DNA of 63,756 nt, the filler included, from an uncultured bacterium (GTDB taxonomy: Bacteria > CAYJOG01): assembly GCA_964371695.1 (NCBI GenBank). It is 8 parts of 8 records of this genome, joined end to end, with 100 filler letters (N's around TTAATTAATTAA, not from the genome) between each part and the next. Parts side by side here need not be neighbours in the genome. Positions count along the whole stretch, not along the records: positions 24,244 to 32,158 come from CAYJOG010000112.1; positions 32,259 to 40,127 come from CAYJOG010000113.1; 6 more parts are not named here. One strand, written 5' to 3'. Below the pieces are notes generated by a model, which was not told the origin of the DNA, made no database searches, and saw nothing but the letters and a program-made list of their open reading frames with translations. Shown here in pieces: positions 28,578-36,032 of the stretch. The position numbers and the translations under genes were made by a program. Each line of letters starts with the position of its first letter. Within the stretch, counting starts at the first letter, position 1.

Positions 28578-29519
28578 ATGCGTGTGGTCATCACCGGTGC
28601 GGCCGGTTTCGTGGGGTCTCATTTAACCGATCGTTTTCTCGCGGACGGCCACGAGGTGGTGGGCCTGGACAACTTCATCACCGGCCACCCGCGCAACATC
28701 GCCCACCTGTTTGGTCACGACCGCTTCCGGTTCATCAGGCAGGACGTGACGGAGTTTTTGTTTGTAGACGGCCCGGTGGACGGCGTGCTGCACCTCGCCA
28801 GCCCCGCCAGCCCGGTGGATTATCTGGAACTGCCTATCCAGACCCTGAAAGTGGGCAGCCTGGGCACCCACAAAACCCTGGGCCTCGCACGGGCCAAAGG
28901 GGCGCGTTTTTTGCTGGCCAGCACCAGCGAGGTTTATGGCGACCCCCTGGTGCATCCCCAAAAAGAAGACTATTGGGGCAACGTGAACCCCATCGGCCCC
29001 CGTGGGGTTTATGACGAGGCCAAACGTTTTGCTGAAAGCATGGTCATGGCCTATCACACCCACCATGGCCTGGGCACCCGCATCGCCCGCATCTTCAACA
29101 CCTACGGCCCCCGCATGAGGCTCAAAGACGGCCGCGTGGTGCCCAATCTGGTGAGTCAGGCCCTGAAGGGCGAACCCATGACCGTGTATGGCGACGGCAG
29201 CCAGACCCGCAGTTTCTGTTTTGTCAGCGACACGGTGGAGGGGTTGTATTCGCTGTTTTTCAAGGGTGATGAATATCCGGTGAACATCGGCAACCCCGAC
29301 GAATACACCATTTTGCAGTTCGCCGAAATCATTCAAAAAATGGTGGCGAGCGGCAGCCAGATTGTTTATGAACCCCTGCCCAAAGACGACCCCAAAATCC
29401 GACAGCCCGACATTTCCCGCGCCCGCTCGCTGCTGGGCTGGGAACCCAAAGTGCCCCTGGAAGAAGGCCTGCGCCGCACCATCGAACACTTCAAGGAGCG
29501 TTTGAAGGAAGAAGGGTAG
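28578..29519 (+). CDS. UDP-glucuronic acid decarboxylase (UDP-xylose synthase) family SDR
   Basis: [42 protein letters not shown]. Confidence 0.92.
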   Translation: MRVVITGAAGFVGSHLTDRFLADGHEVVGLDNFITGHPRNIAHLFGHDRFRFIRQDVTEFLFVDGPVDGVLHLASPASPVDYLELPIQTLKVGSLGTHKTLGLARAKGARFLLASTSEVYGDPLVHPQKEDYWGNVNPIGPRGVYDEAKRFAESMVMAYHTHHGLGTRIARIFNTYGPRMRLKDGRVVPNLVSQALKGEPMTVYGDGSQTRSFCFVSDTVEGLYSLFFKGDEYPVNIGNPDEYTILQFAEIIQKMVASGSQIVYEPLPKDDPKIRQPDISRARSLLGWEPKVPLEEGLRRTIEHFKERLKEEG

Positions 29520-29521
29520 CT

Positions 29522-29570
29522 GGGAGGTTGGAGGCTGGAAGTTGGGAATAGAAGGTTGGCGGTTGGCGGC
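29522..29570 (+). repeat. Heptamer tandem repeat (GGAGGTT/GGTGGTT-type); longer inverted array at 48301-48353, remnants near 15895 and 43107
   Basis: GGAGGTT GGAGGCT GGAAGTT...GGCGGTT here; CAACTTC CAACCAC CAACCAC CAACCTC CAACCAC CAACCTC at 48301. Confidence 0.75.
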
Positions 29571-29603
29571 AGGAAAAAGAAAAAGCAGCCATCGTCCCCC
29601 ACC

Positions 29604-29773
29604 GTCATTACCGCGAAAGCGGGAATCCAGTTGAAACAAAAAACCACACCATTTTCTGTTTTCTTTTCCTGTTCTATTTCAGTGGGGCGGGGGGCCCCGC
29701 CCGCCCCACTACCAAAAAGAAAAAGGTTTTCTGCTTCTTGTTTTGACTGGATTCCCGCCTTCGCGGGAATGAC
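29604..29773. repeat. Inverted doublet of REP family B; similar doublets at 31460-31690 and 63085-63237
   Basis: GTCATT(A/C)CCGCGAAAGCGGGAATCCAG ... CTGGATTCCCGC(C/T)TTCGCGGGAATGAC with related AT-rich spacers. Confidence 0.85.
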
Positions 29774-29828
29774 GCCAGCCAAGGCGGGGCTTTCAGACAA
29801 TGCATGACTCACCAATTCCGAAAGTGCT

Positions 29829-31070
29829 CTAAAAACTGAAAAACGCACCCAGCGTGGCGTCGCGGAAGCTGTCCACGTCCTGCACCGCTGCGGTGAGGGA
29901 ATAATTCGAGCCGCGTTTCCAGCGCAGTTCGGCCCCATAGGTGTTGCCTTCCTGCATGGCCAGGGTGTCATATTCCAGGGCCAGCGACAGACCCAGAATC
30001 AGCTCCCGCTCCAGGCCGATGAACAGGCCATAGTCCTCGCCCAGTTGCACCTTGCGGCCGTTTTTCAGCCCCGTGAGGCCGCCGTCACTCAGATAGGCCC
30101 CCACCGAAAAATTGCCCGCCGGGTTGGGAAAAGTGGCCACCGCGCCATATTCGCTGGCGCCTTCATCGGCGTTGTTCATTTGCAGATACAGGGCCGCCTG
30201 CGCGCCTTTTTTGAGGGTGGAGAGCACATATTTGCCACCGTAACTGGCGATGTTCTCGCGGCTCACGCTGTTGTCGGTACTTTCCAGATAAAGCTCCATT
30301 TTTTCGCTGGGGGCAAATCGGCCCGTGTAGATGGTGCGGGTGTGCTGATTCTCCTGGTTGTAACCATATTTATAACCCACCGTGCCGCCCTTGGGTTTGT
30401 ACACCACGGCGGTGGGGCGCGTGACCAGCCCCAGACTGCCGGTCTGGGCGGCAGGTTTTTCGGGGCGTGAAGACAATGGGGGCAGGCGGCCCTTGCCCCC
30501 GTCCAGCACCGCCACCACGCTGGGCTGTGAGAGGGGCGGGCTGTCGAACTTCGGCCCCCCCACCGGCGCGTCGTCATCCACCGGTTTGGCGGCGATCACG
30601 TCGCCGCTGCCCGAAGGGGGCAGGTCATCGATGGAATACACCGGCGTGCGGGAGTTTTCCGGCGGGGCGTCGTCCATGCGTTTCATGCGGCCCACCGACA
30701 CGCTGCTTTCACCGGGCGCGGTGCGGGGGGTGTCTCCCGCAGACTGAAAGGGCACGGGCGTTTCTTTCAGACTGGCCCCCTCGCCGGCCACGCGGTCGCC
30801 CTGCTGCACGTCGCCCTTGATGGTGCGGCCCCGTGCCGTGAAATCCGACACTTCATCAATCTGCACCTGACCGGTGGCGGTTTCACCCCGCAGGATGGTC
30901 AACACCTGGCCTTCTTTCAGCCCCGCCTTGCTGCCCTCATAAAGCACCACGTCGCCACCGTCAAACACCTGGGCCACCTCCAGCGCCGCCGCCGGGCGGG
31001 CCAGACCAAAACCCATCCACACCAATACGGCGCACAGGAAAACCACAGGTGTTGAAAAACGCACAGACAT
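29829..31070 (-). CDS. Secreted/outer-membrane protein: FlgT-C-like N-terminal domain, Pro-rich linker, beta-barrel-like C-terminus
   Basis: Signal peptide, GSKAGLKEGQVLTILR...GQVQIDEV...QGDRV, amphipathic strands ending LGAFFSF. Confidence 0.55.
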   Translation of the reverse strand: MSVRFSTPVVFLCAVLVWMGFGLARPAAALEVAQVFDGGDVVLYEGSKAGLKEGQVLTILRGETATGQVQIDEVSDFTARGRTIKGDVQQGDRVAGEGASLKETPVPFQSAGDTPRTAPGESSVSVGRMKRMDDAPPENSRTPVYSIDDLPPSGSGDVIAAKPVDDDAPVGGPKFDSPPLSQPSVVAVLDGGKGRLPPLSSRPEKPAAQTGSLGLVTRPTAVVYKPKGGTVGYKYGYNQENQHTRTIYTGRFAPSEKMELYLESTDNSVSRENIASYGGKYVLSTLKKGAQAALYLQMNNADEGASEYGAVATFPNPAGNFSVGAYLSDGGLTGLKNGRKVQLGEDYGLFIGLERELILGLSLALEYDTLAMQEGNTYGAELRWKRGSNYSLTAAVQDVDSFRDATLGAFFSF

Positions 31071-31218
31071 GGCCTCAGTGTAGTTAATGTCCACCCCGGC
31101 GGCCATGGCATGACCTGCAAAGCATTTGTCGCATAACGATAAAAAAGAGAGAGGGCATTTTCAGGCCGATTCACACCACCCAGCCTTTCTTCATGCCACA
31201 CTTTTCCCGCGCACTCCA

Positions 31219-31246
31219 TTGACGCCGGGCCGGACATGGCTACCCT
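31219..31246 (+). promoter_or_regulatory. Promoter of SRP RNA
   Basis: TTGACG-16 nt-TACCCT, ending 7 nt before the RNA 5' stem. Confidence 0.6.
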
Positions 31247-31253
31247 TTCAGAT

Positions 31254-31357
31254 GGGTTCGTTCAGGCCCTCGCGAGTCACGGTGGTGAACCCCGCCAGAT
31301 CCGAAAGGAAGCAACGGTAAATCACACGAACTGTGCCGGGGTGTCCTGAGCGGACCT
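31254..31357 (+). ncRNA. ffs: Small bacterial SRP RNA (4.5S)
   Basis: Helix-8 signature GAACCCCGCCAGATCCGAAAGGAAGCAACGGTA within a long rod closed by GGGTTCGTTCAGG/CCTGAGCGGACCT. Confidence 0.92.
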
Positions 31358-31730
31358 TTTTCCTTTGGTGGCGCGAGTAGCCACAGGCGTCCCCGCCCAT
31401 AGCTGCTAACTTTGTGTAGAGGGGTTCTGTTGACCCAATGGCGGACTGGCCCTCCCGCCGTCATTACCCCGAAAGCCGGGATACACTTTTAACCAAAAGC
31501 ACAAACCATAGTATTTTTTGACATTTGTGGGGGACGCGTCCCCCCTGCCTTTTGTGTGAACGCAGGCAAGATGCCTGCGCCACCAAATAAAATGTGAGCG
31601 CGACCACCGGCGGGGACGCCTGTGGCTACTGACCCCACCAGAACTGGATTTTCTCATGTTTTACTGGACTGCCGCTTTCGCGGGAATGACGCCAACTGGT
31701 GGATAAGAACAAGCCTTCTTCTTCTGAACC

Positions 31731-32078
31731 CTACGCGTACCCCACCGTCACACTCGGTTCACTCCCACCCTTGTGACCCTTGGCGGAGGCATAACTGGGG
31801 GGCGGAGCCAGGGGGCGCACCTTTTCGGCTTTGTGTTCCTCGGCCTCGTCCTCTTTTTCGGCCTCACCGGCCTTTTCATCTCCGTCGTGTTTTTCGGGTG
31901 AGAGGGCTTTTTTGGGCTCGGATATGTTTTCCAGCAACGCGTGCAGCAGTTCCGAGGACGCATCGGCAGGTTTCACCGGCTCTGGCAGCAGTTCGGGTTT
32001 CAGCCCCGCCTGCAGATCCGCCAGAATCTCACCCAGGCTGATGAGGATTTTCTGGTGCTGCACCGTCAGGCTCATCAC
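31731..32078 (-). CDS. Hypothetical protein (acidic, low-complexity C-terminus)
   Basis: GC3-biased ORF whose start overlaps the stop of a truncated upstream frame. No family recognised. Confidence 0.5.
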   Translation of the reverse strand: MMSLTVQHQKILISLGEILADLQAGLKPELLPEPVKPADASSELLHALLENISEPKKALSPEKHDGDEKAGEAEKEDEAEEHKAEKVRPLAPPPSYASAKGHKGGSEPSVTVGYA

Positions 32079-32258
32079 CGTGCGGCGGCTTGCCTGAACA
32101 GCTTCGGGGGGCGGGCCTGCGGGCGACGTTTGTTCAGCGCCCGGCGGGGGCAGGGCCANNNNNNNNNNNNNNNNNNNNNNNNNNNNNNNNNNNNNNNNNN
32201 NNTTAATTAATTAANNNNNNNNNNNNNNNNNNNNNNNNNNNNNNNNNNNNNNNNNNNN

Positions 32259-33389
32259 GGTGTGGGGTTTTATTTTCCACAGAAGCTCAACGCCCCCCCC
32301 GCGCCGCCGGACTACAAAAAAATGAAAAACATGGACGAACTGGTGCGCTACGGCAAAGACCTGGCCTTCAGCCCCGGCATGGGCTGCACCAGTTGCCACG
32401 GCGTGGGCGACCCCAGCAAAACCCGCTGCCCCGACTGGGACGGCGTGGGTCAGCGGGCCGGTTCCCGCAAGCCGGGCACAATCGCCGCCGATTACCTGTT
32501 TGAGTCCATCACCAAACCCAGCGCGTTTGTGGTAGAGGGCTTTGGCGACATCATGAAGGTGCCGCCCATGCCTGATCAGCGCGACGTTTACGCCATGGTC
32601 AGCTACCTGCAAAGCCTGGGGGGCAAGCCCGACGAGAGCCTGCTGGAAAAGGTCAAGTCCATGCCCGCCCCGGCGAAGAAAAAAGAAAAACCCATCTGGG
32701 CCATTTCACCCGAAGAACACGGCGAAAAAATCGTCAAGGAATATGGCGGTTGCACCAACTGCCACGCCATTGACAACGACGACCCCGCCGACAAGGCCAC
32801 TTACGACCCCAACTTTCCCAAAACCGGCCCCAGCCTGACCAAAATCGCCCTGCGCCAGCACGAAGAAGACGGCAAGCTGGTGGACAACGACGCGAGATAT
32901 CTCTTTGAGTCCATCCGCGAGCCGGACAAGGTGCTGGCCAAGGGCTGCAACGGCGTGGAGGGCGGCCCCTGTTTCGGGGGTGTGATGCCCAAGACCTTTG
33001 CCGACCCCGCCGAGGCGGTGTATATGAGCGAGACCTATGTGGCGGACATCGCTGCCTATCTCTGGAGCCTGTCGGGCAAAAAGCTGGACCCGAAAAAAGC
33101 GAAGCTCTCTTTTGAAAATCCTGACCTGGGCCAGCCCAAACCCAGGGAACTGGCCGCCAGCGTGAAAGTGCGCTGGACCCCCGAAGCCGTGGTGATGCTG
33201 AACGACAACGTGCCCTTTGCCCGCCCCATGATTCAGTCTTCGGTGGAACGCTTCGCCCGCAAACAGGGCCTGCGCCGGGTCACCCCTGCGCTTTATGAAG
33301 AAGCCCGCGCACACCGCCGCCCACCCTTTGCCAGCATGTTGGGCACGGGCAAAACCCAGGGCAAAACCCAAGGGGGTGAGGCCCGATGA
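32259..33389 (+). CDS. Diheme cytochrome c with C-terminal PCP_red-like domain (5' truncated)
   Basis: CTSCH and CTNCH, each followed by YLFESI..P. Tail WTPEAVVMLNDNVPFARPMIQSSVERFARKQGLRRVT. Confidence 0.8.
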   Translation, partial: GVGFYFPQKLNAPPAPPDYKKMKNMDELVRYGKDLAFSPGMGCTSCHGVGDPSKTRCPDWDGVGQRAGSRKPGTIAADYLFESITKPSAFVVEGFGDIMKVPPMPDQRDVYAMVSYLQSLGGKPDESLLEKVKSMPAPAKKKEKPIWAISPEEHGEKIVKEYGGCTNCHAIDNDDPADKATYDPNFPKTGPSLTKIALRQHEEDGKLVDNDARYLFESIREPDKVLAKGCNGVEGGPCFGGVMPKTFADPAEAVYMSETYVADIAAYLWSLSGKKLDPKKAKLSFENPDLGQPKPRELAASVKVRWTPEAVVMLNDNVPFARPMIQSSVERFARKQGLRRVTPALYEEARAHRRPPFASMLGTGKTQGKTQGGEAR

Positions 33390-34141
33390 AGCGCATTCTG
33401 ACGCATCCCCTGGCCCTGGCCGCCGTGGCGTTTGTGCTGGTGCAGGCGGCTGTAGGGGCGTTCATTTCGCCGCCGCCGCCGGGCATGATCCGGCTGTTCT
33501 ACGGCGCGGTCACCGTGGTGGGTATTCTGGTTTTCATCGCCAGCGACGACCGGCGTCTTCAGACCTTCTGGTCACCCATCGAGGCGGTTTTCCTGGCCCG
33601 GTGCCCCCAGACCAAGACGCTGCGCATTCTTCTTTTTCTGCTCATTCCGGCCCTGGTGGGCAACAAGGTTTATCAGGGGGCCAAGCCCAATTTCGCCCCC
33701 CCCGCCGAGCCGCGCACCGTTCACCCGGAACCCCCCGCCAGTCTCTCGGTGCTGGGCAAACAATATGCCCTCAAAGAGCTCAAAAATCCGTTGCACGAAG
33801 GCAAGGACATGGACAAGGTGGCCGAAGAAGGCCACCGCGTGTATTACCAGAACTGTTTCTTCTGCCACGGTGACAACCACCAGGGAGAAGGCATGTACGC
33901 CTATGGCCTGAACCCCATTCCCGCCAACTTCCGCGACAGCACCACCATCGCCATGTTGCAGGAAAGTTACGTGTTCTGGCGCGTGGGGCTGGGTTATTCG
34001 GGCCTGCCCGCCGCCGCCACCCCCTGGAACAGCGCCATGCCTGTGTGGGAGGAAATGCTGACCGAAGAAGAACTCTGGTCGGCCATCGTTTATATCTATG
34101 CGGCCACGGGCCAGTCTCCCCGCACCTGGGAGGTTCATTGA
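33386..34141 (+). CDS. Membrane-anchored monoheme cytochrome c
   Basis: Three TM helices, RTVHPEPP, YYQNCFFCHGD, PANF, PWNSAMPVWE. Confidence 0.85.
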   Translation: MKRILTHPLALAAVAFVLVQAAVGAFISPPPPGMIRLFYGAVTVVGILVFIASDDRRLQTFWSPIEAVFLARCPQTKTLRILLFLLIPALVGNKVYQGAKPNFAPPAEPRTVHPEPPASLSVLGKQYALKELKNPLHEGKDMDKVAEEGHRVYYQNCFFCHGDNHQGEGMYAYGLNPIPANFRDSTTIAMLQESYVFWRVGLGYSGLPAAATPWNSAMPVWEEMLTEEELWSAIVYIYAATGQSPRTWEVH

Positions 34142-34142
34142 C

Positions 34143-36029
34143 ATGTTGCGCCGTTATTTGAATCTCACCGTTTTCACGCTTGGTCTGGCCGTCGCCCAGG
34201 GCGCCCTGGCCATGTCCGTGCCCAAACTCTCACCCGCCGAAGAAGCCCAGGCCCAGAAGCTGTATTTCGACAAATGCAGCCACTGCCACGGCGTGAAGGG
34301 CGCGGGAGATGGTTATGCCGCCAAGGTGCTGCGCCCGCTGCCCCGCGACTTCACCAGTTGCCAGTGGAAGTTCCGCAGCTCGCGCCCCACCGAGGACACA
34401 CAGCCCACGCTCAAAGACCTTTTCCGCTCCATCACCAACGGCATGCCCGGCACCTCCATGCCCGCCTGGGGTGGAGACGGTGTGCTCATCAAGGAGCAGA
34501 TGCTGGCCGAAGCCGACCGCTGGCTGCTGGCGAAATACATCATGCGTTTCTGCGAAACCATGGCCGACCCCGAAGAGGCCGAGCCTAAAGAACACACCTG
34601 GCCCACACCGGGCGACCCCACACCCGAACAGCTCAAAGAGGGCCAGAAACTGTTTAACCAGAACTGCGCCACCTGCCACGGTGAATCGGGCCGGGGCAAC
34701 GGCCCCCAGGCCCCCGTGCAAACCTTTGACATTTCACCGGCGGTGCAGGAGGCCATCGGCGCGCCCGCGCCCAACGTGCCCATCTGGCCCCGCGACCTGC
34801 GCAAACCCTGGACCTTCCGCAACGGTTCGAACGTGGAGGACATCTACCGCACCATCACCACCGGCCTCTTGGGTTCGCCCATGTCCAGTTTTGCCGAGCA
34901 ACTCACCGACGAACAACGCACGGCGGTGGCCCAGTTTGTCAAAAGCCGCCACTACCCCGACACCATCCGGGATATTTCAGGGCGCAAAGAGGCCGTGGTG
35001 GCCGAACTGAAAACCGGCAAAATCTCTCTCGACCTTGAACACAAAATGTGGAAGCAGGCTGAAGAAGCGGCGTTCCCGCTCATTGGTCAGATTATCGCGC
35101 CGCCCCGCATGTTCTGGCCCAGCAATGATCTGGTGTGGGTCAAGGCGGTGTATACCAAAGACGAAGTGGGCGTGTATGTGAAGTGGGACGACCGCACCGG
35201 CCCCCAGGCCGACCCCAAGTTCCCCACGCTCAAAGAAAACGAAAAAGGCAAACTGGTGGTGGTGCCCGCGAGCGCCGCCGTGGCCGTGGGCCAGAAGCAG
35301 GTTTTCAAGGCCTACACCTATGCCGGTGAAGGCAAGTTCGATGAAGTGAAAGAAGTCGCGTGGTCGGTGGACAACGCCACCGGCGAAGTGGACGCGGCAG
35401 GGAATCTCACGGTGTTGTCCACCGGGGCGCTCACCGTCAAGGCCAAATCAAGAGACGGCAAAGAGGCCGCCGGTGCGGTGCTGGGTCTGAAGGAAGACGT
35501 GCTGCACGTGCAGGTGCCTACGCAGTTTTATGAAGGCGTGGAGAAGCCACATTTTCTCAACGGCGATCCGCGCCACACCGCACACCTGTGGACCTTCAGC
35601 AGCCAGAATCCCGGCGCGCTCAAAATCATCAAAAGCCAGAACCACTTTGAGAAAGACCAGACTGAAGCGCCGGAACTGGCGAAGTTCTTTCGTGTGAAGG
35701 GGCAATACCTGGACGGCCAGTGGCACGTCATCATCGTGCGCGATCGCAAAACCACCGGCAAAGAAGCCCAGATTCCGTTTGAAGACGGCCGGTTCACCCC
35801 CATGGCCTTCAATACCACCGACGGCGACAACGGCGAGGCGGGCATGATGAAAGCCATCAGCTCCTGGTTTGCCCTGTTGCCCAAGCCGCCGCCCGACAAC
35901 AGCGCCAAAACAGCGGGTCTGGCGGGTTTCGGGGCCACGTTCCTTTTGCTGCTGCTCATCGCATTTATCGTAAAGCGTTATGAAAAACCTGAAGCACCGG
36001 CGGCGTCATCCGCCCAGGGAGAGGCATAG
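34143..36029 (+). CDS. Diheme cytochrome c fused to an ethylbenzene dehydrogenase gamma (EbdC/NxrC-like) domain, with Ig-like insertion and C-terminal TM anchor
   Basis: Signal peptide, CSHCHG..PRDFT..GMPGTSMP, CATCHG..PRDL, W.D.T, KPHFLNGD, GQWHVIIVR, MAF...GDNGE.GMMKAISSW, TM. Confidence 0.8.
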   Translation: MLRRYLNLTVFTLGLAVAQGALAMSVPKLSPAEEAQAQKLYFDKCSHCHGVKGAGDGYAAKVLRPLPRDFTSCQWKFRSSRPTEDTQPTLKDLFRSITNGMPGTSMPAWGGDGVLIKEQMLAEADRWLLAKYIMRFCETMADPEEAEPKEHTWPTPGDPTPEQLKEGQKLFNQNCATCHGESGRGNGPQAPVQTFDISPAVQEAIGAPAPNVPIWPRDLRKPWTFRNGSNVEDIYRTITTGLLGSPMSSFAEQLTDEQRTAVAQFVKSRHYPDTIRDISGRKEAVVAELKTGKISLDLEHKMWKQAEEAAFPLIGQIIAPPRMFWPSNDLVWVKAVYTKDEVGVYVKWDDRTGPQADPKFPTLKENEKGKLVVVPASAAVAVGQKQVFKAYTYAGEGKFDEVKEVAWSVDNATGEVDAAGNLTVLSTGALTVKAKSRDGKEAAGAVLGLKEDVLHVQVPTQFYEGVEKPHFLNGDPRHTAHLWTFSSQNPGALKIIKSQNHFEKDQTEAPELAKFFRVKGQYLDGQWHVIIVRDRKTTGKEAQIPFEDGRFTPMAFNTTDGDNGEAGMMKAISSWFALLPKPPPDNSAKTAGLAGFGATFLLLLLIAFIVKRYEKPEAPAASSAQGEA

Positions 36030-36032
36030 ACC

